Assembly: GCF_037042905.1 (NCBI RefSeq)
Contig: NC_087245.1
Coordinates: forward strand, 9,550,001 to 9,614,000
Length of the DNA: 64,000 bases
Direction of reading: 5' to 3'
Source of the DNA: Lytechinus pictus
Lineage: Eukaryota
The position numbers were made by a program, and so were the translations under genes. The notes under the pieces are model-generated. The model did no database searches. It was given only the letters and a program-made list of their open reading frames with translations, and was not told where the DNA came from. Below are positions 49,548 through 61,278 of this stretch, in pieces. Position 1 is the stretch's first letter. Each line of letters opens with the position of its first letter.

Positions 49548-52500
49548 GTGTGTAAGTTTATTTGTGATAATCTTGCCTGAGCAATAATGTTGTTTTTTTC
49601 TCACTGGCTATTTTTCTTCTTAAAAATAACTGAATGAGACAAGTAAATTTTCAGTAAATAGACAGTGCCACTATTGGACGGCCCCAGCTGGTGCTGGTGG
49701 GATAGGAAGAAGTTAAAATTCATTATAAGGAATGAAAAGAAAGAAGAGAAAGAAGTAGAAAAAACAGGAGGATCTGAGTAGTTGAGAAAACATTAAAACA
49801 AAACCTATATGATAAATTCATTTTTTCGAAATTCTGAAATTGCATTTTTTGTGTGAACTTTTTAAGAGTTTCATGAAAAATTGCCCTGAACAAAGCTACT
49901 CTCAAGATTTTTTTTTCAAAGATATTGGATATGCTTTTTTCATCTGACTTATTATCCTTTACATCTTAAATCCATTTCTTGTTAAAGTTCAAAAGGATCC
50001 ATCACTTGGAGGAAGCTATGAGGGTGTTGAACCAATGGGCCCGATCCTGTCCTTGGAACCAATCCCAGAGATTGCTCATAAGTACCCTCGATTTGTCAAA
50101 TGGGATGTTACAAAGCCTTTCAATTATACACTCCAACTTATTGAAGATGGTGAAGATCAGACGAAAGTCATTGCCTCTACATCAATGGAAAAGAATTTCT
50201 TGGCAGACTATGTTGAAAGGATACCAGTCACGATGGGAGGGGCAGAAGGGGTGTTATTCTTGCCAAAACAAAGGGGTAAGCTCTCCACTTTTTATTATCA
50301 CTCTCAAAGAAAAACTGCTCATTTTAGAAGGTAACTCATGTCTATTGTCTTTTAATAGATACATTGTGTGTGGGATTTCATAAACAAAATTTTAGTCCTG
50401 AGTGGTCTTTTGACTATCCAATGAAAAAATTGAGAGGATCAGAAGAATAGAAAAACCAAATGAGATTCCTGCTTTAATACAAGGCTAAAAGTGGCTCAAA
50501 ATTAAATTAAGGTGCCTTATATGGCACTTTGTATGCTTTCTATAATATATATCCTGAGCAAATATTTTCTCTGTCAATTCATATGAATGTATATTAACAA
50601 GCTTTTGTGGTGAATAATTGTTCTGGTAAATTACACCGCTGCCACCCAAATTACAGTAGTAGCAAAATGAGACTTAAGTGTGTGTGTTGCTGAATATAAA
50701 GTGAAATTTACATTCTGCCAGAGATATTGCATTTCTGCATTATATTTTTAATTGATTCTTGAATTTATTAATCTTGACTCAAAACAATTGCTGTTAAGCT
50801 GAAAACATTTAATCATTATTCTTGCTCATCAATGTTTTAATGCAGTACGTGGTCAGGAATTATACTTATACATTATTTCATGATAGTTGAGGAAACTCTA
50901 GCAATTAAAAAAATAATTGAATAATTCTTGTTATCACATGCTTTTCTTGGGAGCCATGCAGTGGAAAATCAAAAGGGCTTAATTTCACGAAATTATAGAA
51001 ATGTGTTACTTTATACTACAAGAACTTTATTATGTCTGTGTCAGTTGTTCATTGTTTAATTTTTGCCTCTCTCTGAAATTAAGATACTATCCTTCAAATG
51101 TGTTTTTGGTATCATTCGTTCAAATTGTTTTCGCTCATACCATATGAGTGGTATCAAATGATGTAAGGAAGATCTGAGCATTTCTCACAATCATCTAATA
51201 AATTACTTATGATTGTGATTGTATAATATGCAGTGCTTTCCACTTTACATGCCCGAAGCGCTTTACATTAAACAAATAATGATAAAACATAAGTCATTCT
51301 GTTTTGTTTTTCTGGGATGTAGTGTACTCCCTGCTGTTAATAATTCTCTTTTTATTTCTATCATAGGATCATCTGATCCACTTCCCTTCATCATTGACAT
51401 CAGAGGTCTACTCACTAATCTAGTAGTAGACCGTGCAGCTACTCTAGCTTCTCATGGGTTTGCCGTCTTTGCCTATGATTACTTTTTGCCTGTCAGACGC
51501 AAAAGTCAAGAAAAGTTTGTGTACATTGATGCTCAATCCTTCATAGTGAGTTTGTCATTACATCAAATCCCTAGTCATATTCCCCCTCAATACTGTATTG
51601 TTCTGGCATGATTATTCTTGTTACCAAGGGAACCTGTACAGAATTGTACTTATGAAACCGATTCCTTGCTCAGCAGTATTCTAGCTAGATACTTCTTATC
51701 GGTGGTCGCAATTTTATGGCAATAGAAAGTTTTTCGGCCAAGTTAGTTGTCTTAAATCCGAAAGTGAATGAACATCATGTAATACATGTAAGTATCTGAC
51801 ATTGGCAAAATGCTGAAAATAAAATCAAATTAAAAAAAAATTAGAATGCTTATTGTGTGCATAGAAAACAAGATTGAAAATGGAAAGTATTAACCTAAGT
51901 ACTATTCTCTTTGCAAGGGGTGGTGTTTGAAACAATTTTTATTTGCAAATAGTGGCAGTCAGAAGCAGTGTTTGTCATGATGAGTGGTGGTCTGAAATAT
52001 TATTTGCTGGTTGGGCCCGACCACTGCTGAATATCGTAGCTATAGCTCTGCTGCTCAGATAAGCTCCTTTCCTCCTTAAAAGATTCTTCTTGAGATCATA
52101 TACCGGTAGTCAATGAATGTAATGATTACACATTTTGTCCATTCTGTCTTCATTCACATGCCTCAGAATAGTTTGACTGAAATGATATTGCAATGCAAGA
52201 AATTATCCTTTTTATTGTTATTAATGTTTTTGTTGTTGCTCTTATTTTTTATTATTAGGTAATTGTTATCATTATATGGATTGTGAGTATGGTCACTGGG
52301 TATTTACTTCCCTTTTAAATGGGATCCCCAATGAAGAAAAACATATTGATACTATGATAAAATAGAATTCTAAAAACAATAACATTAAAAAGTTGATAAC
52401 TTCCAGTTATTCTTCACCCTGTCAAGTTTTCTATAAAAAAAAAATCAGTACAACATGTAAATATGGTAACCTGTCTATGTAAAGCATTTGCAGTATATCA

Positions 52501-55500
52501 AGGACTGTTATCATAGCATTATGAGATCTAACAATTGTATTCTTTACCAATGTGATAAAAAAGAATCATGTTGACAAAGTGACATGAATGTAAGCTTGTT
52601 ACCATCCATTAGGGCTGAACTCGAAGAAAAAATATTGCATTCATGTCACTTTGGCTACTATTGTTTCCAACCAGAACTTCTAACATTCCTTGAATATTTG
52701 GACAAATTTGTATACAATGTTTCGGGCATTGTATATTTCAGGACATTGTAGACTTTGTAAAGGAACATCCACGACTGGATGAGAACAGAATAGGAATGAC
52801 TAGTTCCTGCTATGGAGGAGCAATAATGCTTAATGTTGCTACTAGACTTGATTTACCAATCAAGTGCATGGTTGGTGCTGGTTTTGTTGATTTACTTTGC
52901 GTGAACGTTGGATTGAAAAACCTGGATGGGAGTCTACTTCATCCTTTCAGGTAGGTCTCATAAAAAATAAAGCCACAGATATTTGTATAATATATTTTGG
53001 GAATTATATTTCAGGACATTGTAGACTTTGTAAAGGAACATCCACGGCTAGATGAAAACAGAATAGGAATGACCAGTTCCTGTTATGGAGGTGCAATGAT
53101 GCTTAATGCTGTTACTAGGTTTGATCTCCCTGTCAAGTGCATGGTTGCTGCTGGTTTCCTCGATTTTCTTTGTGTAAATGTTGGATTGAAAAACCTGGAT
53201 GGGAGTCTACTTCATCCAGTAGGGTAGGTCCCATAGGAAAGAATGCCCCTCCCCCTTTCCTACTACTCATATTTGATCAATGTTCATCGAGAATTTATTA
53301 AAGTTAACATACATTTACATGTAACATTGTATTCATCGGAATATTCTACCTTTTGATATATAAAAGTGGTTTTCTCTTTGCTACATATTCAGAGTTGTGA
53401 TTTTACAGGACCTCAGTTGAGAGATCATCAATCATTTGAACAAAAAGCACTTTTCCTCATTTGATAATATAGTGTCATACCAGCAATAATGTTTTAAAAC
53501 TGTACATGTGATTATCATTCAATTGCAGTGACCCAAGCGAATACATTAATACATGGACAGATGAACATGGAAGGAGCTGGATGTCACTTGGAAGTAAGCT
53601 GAAGGACTCTGTTGTTCATAAAGCATTAGAATCCCCGGATGCCACTTTTTGTCTGGTAATTTAATTACTGTTGCTATGAATGTCCTTAGTTTTGTAATGG
53701 TGTGACAATGCTACTGCAGTTAAAGTAAACATCTACTGCAAACTACATGATGATTGATCAATGTACTGACCGACTTTTTGAGGAAAGTGTTATTTATATA
53801 CTTCTTTTTATACGCCCGTCCTAGATGGGACGTATTATGGTATCACCACGTTCGGTGTCCGTCCATCTGTCTGTCCGTCTGTTAACTTTTCCTTGTAAAT
53901 GCGATAACTTAAAGGGAAATGAAACCTTTGGAACAGGTAGGCTTCTGTCGAAACAGAAAAATCAAAGAATAAGAACAAAGAAAGTTTGAGAAAAATCGGA
54001 CAAATAATGAGAAAGTTGTGAGCATTTGAATATTGCAATCACTAATGCTATGGAGATCCTCACATTAGCAATGCAATAAGTATGTGTGATGTCACATGTG
54101 AACAACTTTCCCTTTGATGGACTATAAAATACCCTCAAAATGTCTCTGTTTGCTTTTTCTTATGGTGATACAAACTCTTTATCCATGATGCATTCTTTAA
54201 ACATCTGTATTACATGCCCTCCTATAGAAAGAACACATGATCTACTGATAGATGTGATAAATGAGGCAATTTAAGTGAAATATATACTTAAGTAATGGGG
54301 AGAGTTGTTCACAAGTGACATCACACATCTTTGTTGCATTGCCAATTTGAGGATCTCCATAGCATTAGTGATGGCAATATTCAAATGCTCATAACTTTCT
54401 CATTATTTGTCCGATTTTTCTCAAACTTTCGTTGATCTTCTTCTTTAATTTTTCTGTTTTCACACAAGCTATCTTGTTCCAAAGGTTTCATTCTCCTTTA
54501 AGTTTGGCTTAACCTAGACTCATATAATTTGGTGTGTATGATACTAGCATGGATCCCAGGAAGCCTATTGATTTTGAGGTCAAAGGTCAAGGTCACAGTG
54601 ACATGTTTTCATCTTACCCTTCTGAAGTCTTCGCAAACGTGATAACTTCAGTTTAACTAAACCTAGGCTTATGTAATTTGGTGTGTATAATACTAGCATG
54701 GATTCCAGGAAGCCTATTGATTTTTAGGTCAAAAGGTTCAAGATCACAGTAACATGTTTTCATCTTACCCTTCTGAAGTCCTTGTTAACTTGATAACTTT
54801 AGTTGAACTTAACCTAGACTCATATAATTTGGTGTGTATGATACTAGCATAGATCCCAGCAATTCTATTGATTTTGAGGTCAGAAGGTCAAAGGCGAAGT
54901 TGCCACCTTCCACTTTTCTTGCTTGACCAATAACTCCATTTTCTGTGTTACAGGCGGGCGTTATGTGCTCACCCTTAGAGACATTCTTATTAAGAATATC
55001 AAATAATCCAATAATCTGATTGGTGAAAAGTGCGGACTTGTCTTTAAGCATTCCTGCAAAACATTGAATTTTTGACTAAAGGGACAAAAACTGGTTTAAA
55101 GCAATGGAATCACTCAAGCATGCTGACTAGTACATGTATCTAAGTTCAAAAAAGGGAAAATCACATGCCTTAGCAACATTTCTGAAGAGAGAACTGGATT
55201 GTGTTGAATTTAGCAGGATTGTTTATTGTTTTATGCATTTAATCGTTCATTTGTTAATTTTTTGAAGTAAAAGCAAGTTTATTTCAAATTGGACTTAAAT
55301 TCATTGAGTTCTGCCTTATGATGCCAGCAAGTGTATTGTTTTTAAATCATGAAAAATTCTTACTATTTTTCCAATTTTACCCTGACATTGTCACAGTTGA
55401 TAGATTGCTATTAAAGATTGTAGTCACTAATTGGTCAAAATTACATCATGTAATTGAGGTGCAAATCTGTCTATCACTGTTTCACAGTTTTAACTTGCTT

Positions 55501-58500
55501 TCAATTTCCTCTATCAAGCCCTGTTATAGAACACATAACCCCTGAGGCCTGCAGTCAACAGTGCATTGGCCATGCTTAGCCTCATGTGACCAGCAGCAGT
55601 GCTGTTCCTTAAAGTGATTTAGCCAATCAACTTAAAATTAGAATTACATTAAATGGTCCTTAAATTGGTACCAGTAACACTTGGATTTAGAGATTAATGT
55701 GATTAATAATTAGGTGTACAGTATATAACAGATATGGACTAGGCCCGTTTTGAAATTCCATTTTTGATGCACGTGTACACGTCATGTTTTTCGGTCGTGT
55801 ACACGTTGTAAACACTGAGAGCGAGTTATGTTTTCAGTGTTTCCGACATTTCGACAGGACCCGCATCAACATGTCAATGTTACATAAAAAGGGGTCTATA
55901 TAGCCCTAGTCACGGTTTTAAAGCTTACCTGAGAAGTTAGAAGTATCAATCCACAAAAATTGATGCAATTAAAAAGTTTACTCAGCTTAGCAGCGCATTA
56001 AATTAATAAAGAATGCAAAAGAAAATCAGTGCACGGCCCTAGCTAGCGCCGACATTCGTTGGATGCGCATTTTGCATACTGTACCGTATATGCATGCACA
56101 GATCGCTGCAGAATTAAGTGTAACTGAAGTTATCGATTGATTTTCATTATTTTATTGCCAATTTGAGGAGCGTTTGTTCGTAGGCTTGTAGCACATGTGT
56201 ACGAGCGTATAACACGTAACTGTAGCAATGATCGCTGTCGCAATTGGTGATGCTCCAGGGACTCTGTTTTATAATTATAAGGGGAGCAATAAAAAGCTCT
56301 CCTAGAACTTTTAAGGAGAGCGGTAGAGGAGCACTTCAAAAAGCTCTTCTTCAACATACAAGGGGAGCTTTTTGCCCAATTAACAAAATGGATGGAGGAA
56401 ATGTATGTACTATAAAATTACAATCAACAACCAAAGGAAGTATTTATAATTGTTTTACAATGTATTGTACTTAGATTGTGTGTTGTAAAACCTGTTTTAG
56501 TTAGGTTTTGACTTTGGCTAAAAGTTAAGTCACTGACAATTTTTTTTTTTTTTCGGGGGCTCCATTTTAATTTTTTGGTCAAATTTCGGGGGCTCTTTTT
56601 AAATGCTACTTTTTTGTATTTTGAGGAATACCTGTTCACTTATTAAGGAATTATTACTTTTTGTTTAATATTGTATGATTTTTAAAGTTATTTATCATGT
56701 TTAGAATCTTGGATGTGGGTGTGTGTGGATGGGTGGGTGTGTGCGTGTGTGTGTGACTGTGAGTTGGACTTGGATATAAATGAATTCAATACCGGTATCT
56801 AATTTCTACTCCATTTATTCCAGTACAATACCCTAGTCAGCCATGTACATGTAATAAAGGCCCACTTACCCTAACTTTTCCTGAAGTTCTTTGAAAACGC
56901 AGATCTCCATGAAAATTTAATTTCTCTATGGGGGAGTCTAAATTTGGTGAGAATGTATTCATTAAGAACTTAAATATACATGACAATGAAGAAATCATCA
57001 AACTTTATTGGCAGTTTTGAATAATATTCCTGAAATGTAAACTCTGTCTGAAACAGAAAATCACCATCATTGAGGCCTTTACTGAGCGAATTGTCCCCCA
57101 GAGCTCTGGCAGAGAGACAGAGCTCCAACTGGCTAGCTAGTAAAAGCGCCAATGCGTGAGCCTGCCGCCGTCCTTGTAAAAAAGATGGAGCTTTGTTTGA
57201 TGATTTATTGTCTGATATAATACCTCATCCCCTAGAAAAAGATAACAAATGATTTTTTAGTTATAATTGATAAATTAGATAACTTATTTTGGAAGTTAAT
57301 AAGCCGTTTTGAAAAGCAAAGCCGAATGACAACTCACCAATGCTAGGTCACTAGACTCTGGGATTTATTTCCTGTGTAATTCAAATTATTTTATCACAGA
57401 ATTGTGATATCTGTAGGGGAAACATGTGCATTCGAAATGGCACACGGTGGTAGTCATAATGGACCCCTATACATGCAACTCTTTCCCGACCGTACGCGTT
57501 GCGTTGATTTTTTTTCCATACCTGGTACCATGTGTATGGAAATACGTGGTACAGAAAAAATAACGCAACTTCGGAATTTGAAACTGCGCTACTCGCTACT
57601 TTTAAGGCTTATTCGTGATTTTGAGTGTGGATTTTGGATGGTTTTTAAATGGTAAGCGGAGCTCGAGCATATGGCACTAGTGGGCCGTTGAGTTGTTATC
57701 ACTCGGCAATAATTTCAGGGGCGACATTCAGATTTTATGTCGCCCCCGAAAGCATGATTTTGGGTGATTTCGAGGGCGACTTTAGGCATTTTCGCGCAGG
57801 TCAGCTATCGCGAGGAGCTGGAGCGCTATTAATCGCGCTACCAAAAATGGATTAAGGCGCGCATGTAGCGCGCGATCGCTCTCGCGCGCCTTAAAATCGA
57901 GTCCCTGATGCTCAAATTGGCTCTGAGTGTGATTGAGCAACGCTTTCGAGCTTTCGAGACCGGAGCAGACCCATTTCGTGGTACAAAACTTGAGTCTCCA
58001 GAATGAATGTGGATTAAATGGGCGATTTTGGAAGTAAACTCACTCTAGGTTAATTGAAATATATTGACATATTAGTGATTAAAACATGTGCAGTTTCTGA
58101 GAACTAAGAATTAATGTGAGGCTGTGAGCTTGTTCACTGACTTTACAGTCCCATGCAAGCTTTATGCAGATGCTACCGTGTACACGGTGATGGAATTTAG
58201 TACACGTGCACTGACTTGACCGTGCGTGTACACGTGTACCCGAAACGGGACTAATATGGACTGGTCTGTATTCGGATGATGATGGATGCCATCACTCCCT
58301 TGAGCTTGGTGCTTTTAGCTCTTTACACTATAATCCAGTTGTGACTTATTAGTAATTGTGTGGTGGGGGTCATAGATATTCTGATGCAAATAACCAAATA
58401 GCTGCGCTGTGTCTTTTGCCAAGAAACCTGCTATAGAGATGCTGAGTGGCTTGCTTTCCTACATTCCCCAATCATCTACTAATATGATAGAATTTGAGGA

Positions 58501-61240
58501 TGAGCAATGAAAAGACACTTGCGAATTCCTATTTGGAAAGATATGGATCTGACATTTGGTAACGTGCATAAATCCATTTTTGTTTTCTTTCCAACAGGAG
58601 GAAAATGTAAATTGTCCCTTGCTATTGTTTTTACATGAAGACGATCAGCACATCCCATCTCAAGCAGCAACCAAACATGTAAGAGTCTTTTATCTACTCT
58701 GACGTACTAGTCCAGCGCTTTTCATCCTATGGGCCACGAGAAGCTCCAGAGGGAGAAAAATAGCTGAAAAACTGTAGTATATTTCACAGACCTGTCCGAA
58801 CATATTATGTCCGATCAGTCTACGTGGGTGAAACAAAACTAAAGCTAGGGTTACACCAAACACAAATTCTCCTGAATAATTTCTGACCGGATCAGAGGTG
58901 AATCGGTCCCGAATCAGAGCACAATTGCCAATAATTGACTTCCAAGAATTGCCCAAATGCCTCCTGGAACATGCAGAATCCAACCAAATTCTTTCCCAAT
59001 ACATCTCGAATTTGGCCTGAATGAGATTTGTCATGGTCACATTCTGGGTATTTTGAAGGGTATTCGGCTGGCATTCGAGGAGGGAGAACAGAAACCTCCT
59101 GAATCCTCCCGATTTGATTCGGGAGCTCCTGAATCAGACACGAATAGGTTTCGAATCCACCAAATCCATCCGACTTCGGCCAAATTTGGCTCAATTCGGT
59201 CTGAATTTATTCAGGAGAATTCCGTTTTGGTGTAACCCTGGCTTTAATCACGCATGCACATGCACACTATGGTGGTTTCAATCTAACTTTGATGTGAACC
59301 TCATGTGCATGCATGTAGTTTAGTTACTTATCGCCCTTTGGGAATGCAGATTAGTTCTCAAACTGTTTGGCCCAAATTCACAAAGGTGGTTTCAAAAACT
59401 ATTGGTTGAACCTGTGGTTTATGCAGATTTCCTGCATAAATCACGCTTGAATACCTTGTATATTAGAAATGTTCAATGCTGATGCGCGCTTTGTCACAGT
59501 GCGCCGAATTGACACCTGTTGCCATGGTTAATTACGCTATTTTATTCATGAGTCCACTGTTTTGAATTAAGGAGTCCACTCTTCAAACAGTGAACTCATG
59601 AATAAAATAACGTATTTAACCATGACAACAGGCGTCAATTTGGCGCACTGTGACAAAAGCGCGCATCAGCATTGGACATTTTTAATATATGCGGCATGTA
59701 AGTGTAATTTATAAAGGAGATCTGTGTAAACCATGGGTTCAACCGATGGTTTTTAAAACCACCTTTGTGAATTCGGCCTTTGTTTCCAATGAGCTATGTA
59801 TTGAAATTTCACGAAACATTTTTTCATCAAAATTGACGTTTTCTTAAAATTTTGGTAGGTGGGACTCGAAAAAAATCTGAGAGTCAAAGTGGTCCTTGAG
59901 TCAAGAAAGGTTGAGAAGTGCTGTACTAGTCATTCACCTTGAGTAATTAAGAATTATTGGATTTAAACCTTAACACAAAATGAATTTGGATAAGAAGGTA
60001 AATAATGAAGGTTTTGTCATAGTAATAGCTTAAAGGGGTATTCCAGGCTGAAAATAATATGATTTGAACAGATAAAGAAATACCAGACAATCCAAATACT
60101 GAAAAATTGATCAAAATCAGACAAGGAATAACAAAAGTTATAGCATTTTAAATATTTGCATTATTTCAATAGAACATTTCTATACATGTCTTCATGAACA
60201 TTCATTGAGGAAACTGATGATGTTATCCCATCTTGCTCTTTTAATTGTGTGGTAATATCATATTGGAGGATTTTATTAGTACTGTGCATGTTGAAACAAG
60301 AATGTACTTAAAGGTCAAGTCCACCCCAGAAAAATGTTGATTTGAATAAATAGAGAAAAATCAAACTAGCATAACACTGAAAATTTCATCAAAATCGGAT
60401 GTAAAATAAGAAAGTTATGACATTTTAAAGTTTCGCTTATTTTTCACAAAACAGTAATATGTACAACTCAGTATCATGCGAATGAGTCAGAAGATGATGT
60501 CCATCACTCACTATTTCTTTTGATTTTTATTGTTTGAATTATACAATATTTCATTTTTTACAGATTTGACAATAAGGACCAAGTTGACTAAATCATATAG
60601 TATTAAACAATGCTAATTCCACATGTTCAGGGAGGAATTAATCGTTGTTTCCCTTGACACTGAGGAGAAAATTAGAATATTTCATATTTCATATAATAAA
60701 ATACAAAAGAAATAGTGAGTGGATGACATCATCAGTCTCCTCATTTGCATACCGACCTGGATGTGCATATAACTGTTTTGTAAAATTAAGCGAACTTTAA
60801 AATGTCATAGCTTTCTTATTTTACATCCGATTTTGATGAAATTTTCAGTGTTATTCGTATTGGATTTTTCTCTTTTTATTCAAATCAACTTTCTGTCGGG
60901 GTGGACTTGTCCTTTAAAAAAAGACATGATACCAATATATATATATATATATAATGTGATGACAAGTTTACTTGTACCAAACGCTCTTGAGGTGTGAGTA
61001 TGAAACATATTGTGATGAGGCCAACTCAAAAGATGACGCAGGACACCATTTTAGCTTTAGTCTTTAATAATAAGACTTCGTCAGAAGCGTCTGTAATTAC
61101 AGACTATTATGGTCAGGATGCCTACCGTATTATCCTGACCATAATAGTCTGTAATTACAGACGCCTCTGACAAAGTCTTACAAAAGACGAAAGCTAAAGC
61201 TAAAATGGTGTCCTGCATCATCTTTTGAGTTGGCCTCATC

Positions 61241-61278
<38 letters not shown>

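Larger units (their letters stand above)
58713..59923 (+). mobile_element. Second, shorter Charlie/Buster-like hAT copy (ACOT intron)
   Basis: TIRs CAGCGCTTTTCA / TGAGAAGTGCTG; perfect 8-bp TSD TACTAGTC (central TA) at 58705-58712 and 59924-59931. Confidence 0.9.
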
